This document shows positions 39,470 through 51,685 of a stretch of DNA of 64,000 bases, in pieces. The DNA comes from Chiloscyllium plagiosum. Taxonomy: Eukaryota. The DNA is taken from NCBI RefSeq assembly GCF_004010195.1, contig NC_057719.1:67477048-67541047 (forward strand), read 5' to 3'. The position numbers and the translations under genes are program-made. Position 1 is the stretch's first letter. Each line of letters begins with the position of its first letter. The notes beneath the pieces were generated by a model that ran no database searches, was not told the DNA's origin, and saw only the letters and a program-made list of their open reading frames with translations.

Positions 39470-42110
39470 TATGAGGTCATTGGCCCCATGTGTCAACACT
39501 AGTCAACAAACATCTGATCCTACTCATCCTTTTTTCCAGCACTTGTCCCATTGTTGTGGAGGCTTTGGCAATGTAAATGAATGTCTAAATATTAGTTAAT
39601 TGTTACCAGAGTTTCTAACTCTAACCCTTTCAGACTGTGAGTTCCAGACTCCCACTAGACTTTGAATGAAAAAGAAATTCTCACCTCTCCTCTTAGCCCT
39701 CTACATCTTACATTAAATAGATGCCCCTTAGACTCCTCTACTGGTGGAAAAAATGGCTCTGCATCCACCCCATGTCCCTCATAATCTTATAAACCTATCA
39801 GGTCCCTTCTCAGCCTTCACTGCTCCAAGGAAAATAACACCAACCTTCCAATCTTTCTTCAAACCTCAGATTCTCCAGACCAGACAATGTCCTGGTAAAA
39901 CTCCATTGCAATCACATCCTTTCCATAATATGATGAGCAGATGTGGACTCAGTATTCCACTTGTGGCCTAACCAGTGTTTTATACATTTCCACCATAACT
40001 TCCTGGTTCTTGTATTCTATGCTTGTCTAAGAAAGACAAATATCTATATGCCTTCTTAACCATCTTATCTACCTTCCCCAACTATTTTCAGTGATCTATG
40101 GATATGCACACCAAGATCACTCTGATCTTCAGTACTCTCCAGTGTCCTACCATTCAGAGAACATTTCTTATCCCTCCCCAACAGCAATACCTTACAATTT
40201 TCACATTGAATTCCATTTGCCACTGCTCTACCCAGTGGAACAGTCTATCAACATGATTCTGCAGTTTACCAATTTTTAGGTCATCCATGAACATGGTCAT
40301 TCCCCCTATATTAAATCCATATATTTAATGTCCATCATAAACAGCAGGTTTTCCAGCACCCAAACCCTTTGGAACCACACTGGAAACAGACTTCAAGTCA
40401 TAGAAACATTCCTCTGCCATTTGGATCCTATGTGCCAGTTTGCCTTGGATCCCATGGACTCTTGCTTTCCAATCCAAACTGTCAAATGGGACATTACCAG
40501 AAGCCTTGCTAAAGTCCATGTAGACCAAATCAAATGCATAATTAACTTCATCAATACTCCTCAAAAGTTACCTTCTCAAAAAATTTGATCAACTTCATAA
40601 AACATGACATTCCCTTATCACATCCAAGCTGACTATTCTTGATTGATCCATGCTTCTCTAAGTGTTGATATGTTCTCTCCTTTGGAATTCTTTCTAACAA
40701 CTTAACCATAAATGAAGTTAGACTTTTTGGCTTGTTTATCTTGCTGTATCCCTTCTTTCCATTTTTTAAAATAATAAGATAAAGTTAGCCATCTGCCAGC
40801 CCCCTGGCCACTGCCTATGGCCATAGAGCATTGAAAACTGCTGCCAGATCCTCTGATATCTGCTTCCTTGCCTCCCTCAACAGCCTGGGTACATCTCATC
40901 TGGACCTGTGAACTGTTAAACTTTTTAGTACCTCTTCTCTCTATGCAAATTTATTCCAGTATTTGACAGTCCTCCACCCTGATGTCTATACCTGCATTAT
41001 CCCTTTCCTGCAACTTTCCCTATAATCGCAGAAGGTGTAACACCTGCCCATTTACTTCATGCCTCCTCAATATCTAAGGGCCTAAACACACCTTCTAGGT
41101 GAAGCAGCGCTTTATCTGCATTTCACTCAATCTAGCTCTCAGTGTGATCTCTTCTACAAAGCGTAGGCTGGGTGACCATTTCGCAGAACATCCATGATCT
41201 GTCTGCAAAAAAGACCTTGAGTTTCAAGTTGCCTATCAATTCAACACACCACTCTGTTCCCTGGCCAACATCTCTGTCTCAGGCTTGGTGCAGTGCTCCA
41301 GCGAAGCTCAGTGTAAACTGGTAGAACTGTGCCTCATTTTCTACTTGGAAGCTCTACAGCCTCCTGGACTCAATATTGAGTTCAACAATTTTAGGGCTTG
41401 AGGCACTATCTTCCCTGTCCTTACCCTAACCCCACACACCAGGCCTTGTTATCACATGGCCTGCTATTATATACAACCCATTGTTAGCCACTTATAGTCC
41501 CAATCAGCAGCCACTCATTCTCCCAGGCTGATTGTTATCCACTTCTTTGTCTGTCCAACTGTCCTTCTCTCTCTTTGGGCTCTATCACCACCTATCACTT
41601 CCTTCTTACCTTCTTCTCCCGAACCTATATTCAGCATAAAAAACAACTTTTTCTGAGCTACCATCAGTTCTGAGGAAGGGTCACTGAACCCAACATGTTA
41701 GCTCTGATTTCTCTCCACAGATGCTGCCAGACCCGCTGAGCTTTTCCAGAAATTTCTGTTCTGGTTACATCCTTTTCCATTTTGAAGACCAACACAAAGT
41801 TTTAATCAAGATCTGTGCCATTGTCTTCCTGGTCGACACACAGGTTACCTCAATGGTCCATAATAGGCCCTACAATTAATTATCCTCCCACCCCTTTGAA
41901 TTTTCCTTTATTCAACCTGCCAATGCTTTCTCACATATTTTCTTAGTTTTCCTAATTTTTTTTAGTTCCTCTGCATACTTTTCTACACTCCTGATGTCTC
42001 TGCCATATTTAACCCTCAGCATCTACCATAAAGTTCTCCTTATTGGTAAATCCATATACACCGTGACATCTAGAATTCTCCAATCTTGGTCCCATCTTTT
42101 GTCTTCGTGG
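39470..42110 (-). mobile_element. Degraded CR1 LINE interrupted by a PLE at ~41008-41765
   Basis: Minus ORF 40325-40564 DLVYMDFSKASGNVP...HGIQGKL...VSSVVPKG; homologous to 27505-29282. Confidence 0.88.
41008..41765 (+). mobile_element. Penelope-like element 3' part (GIY-YIG region + terminal repeat, decayed hammerhead)
   Basis: RRLGDHFAEH, VAYQFN, LQPPGLNIEFNNF; ttctgaggaagggtcactgaaccc core remnant; near-identical flanks atccctttcc / atccttttcc (possible TSD). Confidence 0.9.
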
Positions 42111-42120
42111 GAAGGTGATA

Positions 42121-42152
42121 GGGTTGGGGTTAGGGTTAGGGTTAAGGTTAGG
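42121..42152 (+). repeat. Short interstitial (TTAGGG)-like array
   Basis: gggttggggttagggttagggttaaggttagg. Confidence 0.75.
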
Positions 42153-42765
42153 CCTAGTGGTATTATCACTTGCTTGTTAATGCAGATACCCACCTAATGT
42201 CCTGGGACCCGAGTTCCAATTACACCATGGCAAATGGTGGAATTTGAATTTAATGAAAAATATCTGGAATTAAGCATCTTCTAATAACCATGAAACCGTT
42301 GTTGATTGTCAGAAAAACCAATCTGGCTCACTAATGCCCTTCAGGGAAGGAAATCTGCCATCCTTACATGATCTGGCCTACATGTGACTCCAGATCCACA
42401 TCAATGTGGTTGACTCTCAACAGCCCTCTGAAATGGCCTAGCAAGCCATTCAGTTATATCAAGCTATGAAATCTCAACAAAGAAATGAAAGCGGATGGAC
42501 ACCCTGGTATCAATCACTGGAGAAAGCACAATGGCAGAAACAGCTGTATAGACCCCACATCCATAAATATTCATTCCCTCCATCACCAATGCTCAGTAGC
42601 AGCAGTGTGTTTCATCCACAAGATGCACTACAGAAATTCACCAAAAGATCCTTGTATGGCACCTTCCAAACCCACAACTCCTCCATTTTGAAGAACAAGG
42701 GCAGCAAATACATGGAAACACCACCAACTGCAAGTTCCCCTCCAAGCTACTCACCATCCCTATGA
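42150..42765 (+). mobile_element. tRNA-headed SINE followed by LINE-3'-derived segment
   Basis: ggcctagtgg (box A-like), gagttccaatt (box B-like); 42555-42760 matches 30190-30380. Confidence 0.75.
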
Positions 42766-43299
42766 AAACATGCATCAGGCAGAAACAAACTGTCATCTTA
42801 GAATCTCTTAATGACCTCAGTCACTGCTTGCCAAATAATTTGGTGCACGACCTCTACCAAGAGAATGAGGAACTATTTGTCCTCTGTCAACTTTCTGTTG
42901 CTGCCTCATGCATGTGTGAGCAGTTACTGCAAGCAACAAGGAAGAGTGTCAGTGAGTGTATAAATGTGTTTGAGCAATGTGCCTGATCTACCTGGACAGC
43001 AGGAAGTATGTTGGACCTGAGCTTACAGCAGTGCAAAATTTGTCAGGCTGAGATGCAGCATCTGAATGTCATGCATAGGGCTCTGTGGACCATCAGCAGT
43101 GACACAATTCTAATCAATCATGTTTGCGACTCCCTGCTCAACTTGTACCCCACTTTACTATCACCATCCAGCTAGGGGATCAATCTAGTTCAATGAACAG
43201 CAGAAGAGGGCATGCCAGGAGCAGCACCAGGCATAAATAAAAATGAGGTGCCATTCAAAGGAAGCTTCAGCACAGGACTGCTTGCGTGCTAAACCATGA

Positions 43300-44850
43300 A
43301 TTGACACAGCTCTTAATCCAATAATCAATGGATTAGACCTAAGCTCACAGTCCTGTTACATTAAGTCATGAAAGGTGTGTTCAATTAAACAATTAACTTG
43401 AGTAAATGGCTCAATGAATATCCCCATTCTCAATGATGAGAAAACCCAGCACATCAGTGCAAAAGGCAAGGCTGAAGCATTGTAACAACCTTCAGCGAGA
43501 AGTCTGAATGAATGATACTTCTCGGCCACCCCCGAGGTCCCTAGCATTACAAACACCAGTCCTCAGCCAATTCCGTTAATTACTCATGATATTAAGAAAA
43601 TCTTTTAAGGCAGTGGATACTGCAAAGATGCTGGGACCTGGTAAAATCCCAATAATATTACTGAAAACATACTCTCCAGAGCCATCCATACCCAATGCCA
43701 AGCTGTTCCACTACTGTACAGCTACAAAACTGGCACTTATCTCACAATGGAAAATTGTTCAACAATGTGCCATCCACAAAAAAGCGGCAGAAATCCAATC
43801 TAACTAATTACTGTTCTGTCAGTGTACTCCTGATCATCAGCAAGTGATGGATGTTATCAATGATAGTGCTATCAAGCAATATTTATATAGCAATAACCTT
43901 ACTGATATTCAGCTTGGGTTCTCCAGATCTTCAATTGCTTTATCAATGACCTCCTCTCAATTATTATATAAAAGTAGGGATGTTCTCTTATCGTTATGCA
44001 ATATTCAGAATAATTCATGACTCCACAGATACTGAAGCAGTCTGTGTTCAAATACAGTAAGAGCTAAAAAATATTCAGGGTTGAGCTGATAAGTGGCAAG
44101 TAACCCATTTGTATCAGACAAGTCTCAGGCATTGATCACCACCAATAATAGAGAAACATACCATTCCTAATGAGATTCAAAATCATTATGATCAGTGAAT
44201 CCTCCATCGCCAATGCCCTGGAAGTTCCCAGTGATCATAAATGAAACTGGACAAGCCATATAAATACAATGGCAATAAGTGCAGGCCAAAGGCTGGGAAT
44301 TCTGCAGTACATTTTGTCTTGAAGGCCTATCATCCACCAACCATCTACAAGGCACAAGTCAGAAGTGTGATGTTAAACTCCCCATTTGCCTGGAGTAGTG
44401 CAGCTCCCACAACACTCAAATGTTTGACGCCAGATAGGATAAAGGAGTCCCCTTGACTGGCACCCAATCTACATCCTTAAATATTCACACACTCCATGTG
44501 AGCACACAATAGCAACTACAGGGTGCAGTACAACAATCCACCATGATTCCTGCATTGTGCCTTCCAAACCCGTGACCTCGAGCACTTAGAAAAACAAGAG
44601 CAGCAGCTTCATGGGAACACCAACAACTGCAAGTTCCTTTCCAAGCCACACATCCTGCTTGGAACTACATCACTGTTCCTTGATTTTCGCTGGATCAAAA
44701 GACTTGAAACTCCTCAACCCTATCAGCACCGTAGATATAGACATAGTGCAATAGTTCAACAGGATGACTCACTTCCACTTTCTAAAGGACAATCAGGGAT
44801 GGGAAGCAAATGCTTGCCTAGCCAGTGACATCTGCATCCCATAAGAATCA
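43300..44850 (+). mobile_element. Degraded LINE ORF2 + 3' end (same family as 29800-30545)
   Basis: KAVDTAKMLGPGKIPIILLKTYSPE, TIYKAQVRSVMLNSPFAW; tail gcaaatgcttgcctagccagtgac. Confidence 0.85.
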
Positions 44851-45947
44851 AAAATATCCTGATTCTGTATGAGGTCATTGAAATTTTCTTTGGAATTGCA
44901 GTCAGATTCTCAGGGTCCAATGCTTTGAATTGACTTGTGAGGCTATCTGCAGCCATTCTCTTCATTGCATAGGTCTTTTGAACATACTGTGGAAACATCA
45001 TATCGCTCTAACTTTACATCTCCTTCAACTGAAGCCCCCAGTGCCATATCAGGGAAACGTAGCATCATATCTCCAGAATGCTACTCCAGAAATATTCTCC
45101 CTCTCAAAATTTTGGAGACAATTCCACCAGTGGCTGAAGGCTGAGTGCAACTCAATTATAAGTGGAGACTGCCTTTAAGAAGTGCAAGCTAGCTATGTGT
45201 TCTGCAAGCCACATGTTAACCTGGTGTGGATGTTCATTAAGCCATATTCATCAGAATTCTGAAGATTTAGTGTTCCCTTCACTCATTTAATATTACATTT
45301 GTGAATCGTTTGGGACATCTTATTATCAGCGTGATTGTCCCAAATGCCAAAATGGCTTCCGTGCATGCACGAGCATGGCCCATGGTGTCAACTGGCCATG
45401 ACAGCTGCAGGAAATGACTGTGTTTATCGTTGATGTGTCCACATTCCTGTGTAGTGACATCAGCTGGTGCGTCCCACTTGTGCTGTCCAGCTGCTGCCAC
45501 TGTGTCATCACCAGACCCTCTCCAGCCTGGGGATTGGGGCTGCTGCTCGCCTGTTCTTCCTCACCGCCCTCTAACCCCTGTCACTTTTCCTCAGTATGGC
45601 TCAGAGTGGTTCAGGCCTCCAAGTCCTGAATTCCATTATTTGGAATTCTGGCTGCACTATTTGCTTTTGTCCCTTCTGCCATGTTGTAGAATGATAGAGC
45701 ACAGTGAGCTCTGTATGGCACTTAGAGGTCACATTTGCACCTAAACACAGCTTTTTATTGTAATAAGAATGGTATAGTGTATAGATTAAGGTTGTTGTTT
45801 CTAGAGTCAGATACTTCAACTAGATTGGGCAATTAAATATAATACATTTTCACATTTGTACAAATAAGCAAACCTTTATTGTATTGGATGAGTCAAAACC
45901 CTCAAGTGTGGCCTTATACAAGGTAAACAAAACTTTTATGTATTGGA

Positions 45948-46110
45948 AAATACAGCGGATACTGGCAATCTGAAATGAAAGGTGAAAATACTGGAAATAC
46001 TCAGCAGGTCAAGCAGCTTATGCAGGGAAAAAAGAAGTTGATGATTCAGATCAATGACCTTCTGATCAAACATCTACTTAACCCTCTATTCTCTGCTCAC
46101 AGAAAAACAT
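45948..46110 (-). mobile_element. Old PLE terminal-repeat remnant
   Basis: gatactggcaatctgaaatgaaaggtgaaaatactggaaatactcagcaggtcaagcagc resembles the reverse complement of 41700-41765. Confidence 0.55.
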
Positions 46111-46535
46111 GCCAATATATTCCCCCATTTCCATTCTCTTTCTTCCCTAAGAGTGGATGCTTATAGGTCAAAAGACCCTTGTCCTCAACCCCAGATTTTC
46201 TGTACCTTTTGCCCTGACTTCCTATCTGTTTCACTCAAACAGGCTTTGTTTGTTTGTAGATTTCTATTTTAGAAAATCAAATTAGACCAAGAAAGCAACT
46301 GTCCATCCTTTCATCTATTTATCACTTCTCTTTCTCTGTCCTTCTGTCTCACAGGTTTTGTAAATTAGAATCCTTCATTCAAAAGTGTAATTAGATTGAC
46401 TTTTTCTGTCAAACCGAACACAACTGAGATAATTAGTTGCCTTCAAAATCGAAGCAACATTAAATGAAGAAAGTAACTCACATTCTCTCGTTTCTCTTGT
46501 TTCTCTGTGATCCTGTCACTGTCTCACTCACTCAC

Positions 46536-46900
46536 TCTAATTTCCATCTTCGATTAATAAACTAAAAGTTTTCAGACCACAAAAGAAAGACATAGTAGAG
46601 AGACACATGCATTCAAAGCAAAAGCAGATACCTCCCTCCCCCGCCTCTTTATCTTCTAAACAATAGCTTAATGTAAATCTTACTTTAGTAAAGTTTCTGA
46701 AATTTGTCTTCTTGGTGCTACAGCAGCTTTTGAAGACCACTACTGGACAAAAGAAAGTAAGAAGTAAGGAAAAATATCCTACCAATGCAGTTAACAATAG
46801 GATTAGTGCATCCTTGGAAATTAGGCACTCTACATATGAGCAAGTTGAAGGATTCCCATTCACAGAATTAAAGAAGATGTATAATCAGAATGCTGCGATT
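46536..46900 (-). other. Candidate first exon / promoter-proximal exon (5' limit unknown)
   Basis: GAAGATGGAAATTAGA|gtgagtgagtgaga: Kozak-like ATG (MEIR) just before tandem GTGAG donors; repeat-free context. Confidence 0.4.
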
Positions 46901-48190
46901 TTTGCTCTGTTTCACATAAGAATAAGCACACACACTTAGAACCACGCTCTTAAAAAAACTCATGACAAATGTTATTCCGGTAAAACTTTTCAAAGCCATT
47001 TGTTCCCAAATTATTTAAAGGAAAGTCTCAGGGCAGGCAAATATTTCCAGACTGGAAGTTTGGAAGAGACTCAATACTTCAGGTAAAATAATGCATTACG
47101 CTTTTTAATAATATGCAAAAGCAATTCAATGAATACATTTGAACCAGATTATTGGCAAGCATGTAATTTAAAGGCAAAATGATTAAAATCCTTATTTTGG
47201 ACGTTAGTTATTTCAGCTAACTGAGAAAAACGTAGAAGGTGGAAGAAATTCAGGAAGCATTTTGTGGAAACTTGGTTGTCAGATTGGATAATCTCAGGGG
47301 CCTGTACTCGAACTTTAAGATGGAAACTAACTGTAGTGTCACATCACCTGAGACCTATCTATCAGATTGCCACCTACAGGAACTGTAAGTACTGCAACTA
47401 CTTAAAATTAGCTTTCAGTGAAAGACATGTCGCATGTACTGAATTTAATATAAACATAAAAAGAAAGACTTATATTTATGTAACTCCTTTCATAACCTTA
47501 GGATGTCCCAAAGTGCTTTACAACCAATGAAGTATTTATGGAACATATTCCCTGTTGTAATGTAATCATTGTTATATAATACAAAGAAACCATTTTTTTC
47601 CCAGAAGAATAGAAGCTAAGACAGGCTGGCAATGGCAGCAGTATTGTAAGGTTATTCATAAGGTAAGTATTTGGATTACAGCTTCAATGGCATTCTGCCT
47701 CAGTTCCCATCAGTGACACAGATTCACTAATTCTTACCCAGGCTGCTAGACGGAGCACTTTATTATGACAAAGCATTCCCATTTCCTAGAGAGAGAAGAG
47801 TGAGGAGAGGGGGTTGGTAATAATGATGGTGGTCGGGAAGGGGGTGGGGGTGGGAATGGCGTTGAGGGAGAGGAAACCTGCAGGGATTAACCTGACATTG
47901 TGAAAATCAATCTCTTGTTAGATTCTCACTGATGTCAACTGCCGAGAGCATTGTGCTGCAGAATGCCCTGACCTTGTTGGAGTTGGATAGTATGATAATG
48001 GGAGGGTACAAATTGGCCAGTAAAGGGGTAAAACTGTGAGAAATAATACAAAAAAAAGAAAAAAATCTTAATTACAACTTTTAAGAACGGAAAAAAAATT
48101 ATACCACCCTGATAACTAGTGGAGGAAATGTAGATGTATAATTAATCGCTATATTAAGAACCTTTAATTAGAGCTATGTTGACGACTTAC

Positions 48191-48216
48191 CAGTGAACTC
48201 AAGTATCAGAGCGTGA
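48191..48216 (-). other. Candidate micro-exon or end of a longer first exon
   Basis: gtaacttgcag|TCA ... CTG|gtaagt; another strong donor CTG|gtgagt at 48398. Confidence 0.35.
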
Positions 48217-51200
48217 CTGCAAGTTACAAATGACAGGTGAAAAAGGCAGAGAGTTAATCTTCTAGATGAGCTGTCACATCTTTTTTTTTCAGATCTTAAA
48301 ATTAGGATTGCTCACAGAGTGGAGGGAGCAGCCATTAAGTGAAAACGATGTGAGTGTACTTGGTAACTATCTGGAGGGTGTAAAGAATGCTACTCACCAG
48401 GGAATATAACTGTGATTTGAATACAAGGTCTGATATCAGTGACAGTACAGTAAACTTCTCATCAAATTTTGTATGCAGTTATGTAACACCAAATAAACCT
48501 TACTACAGACATCTGTTTTGTGTGCATTTGTATTCAAATTATTAATAATTCAGTTTGCTAACCCTTTCAAGCTATACCCTCCAAAACTACTCTTACATGT
48601 ATAGATCATGACAGCAAAACATACCTTGGAAAATAGCAGCAATTAATAATATTCACAGCCATTAATGATCTGTGATATATGTGTGTGTGTTGAGTGAGTT
48701 TTCTTAGGTCCAGGGGCTCTCTCCACCCAGAGTTAGAAAAGAATATGTTACAACAGACTGACAGACAACCTAAATAGCTGTAAGACAGGTTAGCCAAAGT
48801 GTTCAATTGTGGAAAATCTAGTGGGCTGACCACAATTAATCTCTGCTCCCAAAGTTCCTGTTCCCCATGGTGTTGCTGACCCCTAAATATGACCAAAAGG
48901 TCCTTTCATCACATTTCCGTTAGTATGATCTCTTTTGGTGCTAGTGCAGAAAGATGTCATACACATGTGAATAGCCTGCAATCCACTAAGAGTGGTGTTG
49001 GATGACGGGGATTGGTATTGGATTTGCAGAGAAAATCTTAATTATAATATTGTGGAGAGATAAAATGTCACATCAGATTCCATGCCTTTCCAGTCCATTC
49101 TCCTTACTGAGCATAATTCCTTGGCAAACTTTATTTATGTACATCCATATATTACATAGCTTTTCTTCATGTTCTGGCATTGTTGACAGGCACACTCTTA
49201 AAAAAAGGCACCTGTCTGATAAATATTATTTTCTTAGCTATTATAATGTAATCATGTGTCCTTCTAAAAGAATATTAGTTGGAGGGCTCCTGTGGACAGT
49301 AATAGGTTATTTACCAGATGGATAGCTCATCGTATAGAAGAACTGAAAAGGCTTATGACACTTTTTAGATGAAATAGACCTTTGTAAGCTGTGACTTAGT
49401 GTTCCAAATTGTACTGAAAAATGTGTCAAATTTGTGAAGTAAATGATAAAGGTTGGAGTTAACTTGTCAAGGGCACTGTTAATTGCAACAAGTGTAAACA
49501 ATCCTGAGAATGAACTGAGAAGAATGAGTCAAAAGGGAAAATTGACAGATTGAGAGAAAAATATTCATGGTTTTCTTTGTTCAAATTGTGAGGTGTGCCT
49601 TAAGATCTAACAGTTATCCATGAAAAACATGAACTCAGCTCACTTTATTTAGCAGTCTCATAGTCTATGACAATGTTTCTTGATGACAGATGGCACAGAA
49701 TTTAATATTAAGGTGCATCCCTGGCACTATCTGTACCAGTTTCAAGAAATGGTTTCAGTGTATTTAGTTACTGACTCCCTCAGGTCCATATAAGCTACAC
49801 CTTATATTTTGTGCACTTATATCTGATATGAGGATTTGAAGTCGCAAAGCACTCTGCATTGAGGGTAAGATTCAATAGCAGTGCCACACAAACAGAGATT
49901 TCAATAGTTATTTGGTGGGAGAGAAATGAAACAAATAACTGGAAAGAGTGTTGATTCTTGGTAATATCTTTTATTGCTATTTTAATCAGCCTGTTTAGTT
50001 ATGCTATGTTACACCACTAGGACAGATGGAACTTGATCCTGACCCTTCTGGAATAGAGTTATGGATATTATTATAGTGCCACAAGATGCTTTGTTCTTTT
50101 TTATGTATTGTGAAGTTATCACAGTAACACTAGGAGTGTCTTTGGGTCCTCACAACATCAAAAAAGATAATCTGACACCAGCTATCTAAATGCAGTGTCC
50201 TCACAGCATTGCATTTTGTTTAAGTACATAGACCCCATTGCTAAAAAAAGGTAACAAAATCAAAGAAAGACTTTCAGAAGACTTTTAGATTGCTTTTAAG
50301 GATTTCATTGTCATTCAAATATACAAAATGAAAGGGATGTTAAGTAAATGCTTTGGGTTTACAGAGACAAGGTTACTGCGTGGTAAAAAGTCCAAATCAC
50401 CACATAGTCCAATTAATGGTCGCATTTAATCTGTAAAATATAATAACAGTGCCACCCCAAGCTGTGTCTTTTATTACACTCCATGGATGTGCTGTTCTCT
50501 TTTATATCCTGTGCATCCAGAGAGAATATTTTGATACATCAGGGAAATAGTGGACCTTCCCAAAAAGCCATAAACTGCATGTAGCTTAAGATGGATAATC
50601 GAACAACATATATCCGTAGCTAATGACCCCACCCTGATGCATTAAAGTCTGACCAAGGATAATAGTGTTCTGTGTAAATTAACACACTCAGTGGTAAACT
50701 TGCTTCCATTTCAGTAGGAGACTTGGTGCAAATTAGCATTTGTTCTTAATAAGCTGGATGCTCTGCATTGTGGAGTTCCACAGAGTTCATAATGCGGTTT
50801 CCTTGCAGGTGAAAATTTATTCTCCCGAGGATACTTCCACAATACATCCTCCAACAGAGAATCGTCCTCATCTTAATCAGTCCCCAGCTCCAAAACTTTT
50901 GCAGTTTTTTTTCAACTTTCCCGCTGAGTGTGATGCTGTGAGTTGTTGGAAATGATTACTCATTTGTATGCTCCCCATACAACGTATCCATTAGACTTTG
51001 AGATGTCCAGCAGAGAAAAGAAGAGCACTGATTTTATAATTACAATTGTTGGACAAATATCCAGGTCAAATGTCCCCTGCCTCTCTTGATGCTGACATGC
51101 GCCCAATTCATTTTCCAACAGCTTTCAGCTTCCCCCACCAACAAAAATACATGGCTATAAATTTATTTTAAATTAAGATTATGCAAAATAGTGTCTCAAG

Positions 51201-51601
51201 AATGCTTTTAATAGCAGAATAATTTTATGACTTATGAGCATCTTGACAATTTGAATTTTTATAGGCATGCGTTATGTTTTTTAAAATGCAAAAATTATGC
51301 ATCTAAAATAATCTATTAGGTGCAGTGGGCTATATTGTTGTTGCCTTAATCACTTTCACAGACAGTTATAGCTGCTTTATATCATATTTACAACAAAGGA
51401 GCTCTAATTACCTTCAGCAAATGTCACAAAATATTGAGCTTTGCTTCTGATATATACTCCTGATCATGCTAATCTAGAATGACGACTAAACGTGTGTCTC
51501 AGGTCCCACAAATCTGTGGCCATAATAAGTTATTCATCTATTTTTTTAACTCTTTCTGTAAGCATATACGGAACGGAACAGTAAATTCTCCTGAAGCTTA
51601 C

Positions 51602-51685
51602 CTGAAACTTGAAGCTAAATGTTTGCAGGATGCATGTGAGATAGCATAAAACGGTCTGTTTCGTTCAACAGAACAGGATAGCAAA
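51602..51685 (-). other. Candidate 84-bp exon (one open frame, phase 2-2: LLSCSVERNRPFYAISHASCKHLASSF)
   Basis: atttctttgcag|TTT ... CAG|gtaagc. Confidence 0.5.

Noticed and set aside
46537..46863. 108-aa ORF with a hydrophobic stretch
   Set aside because: Non-ATG start, no recognisable domain, and composition explained by T-rich sequence
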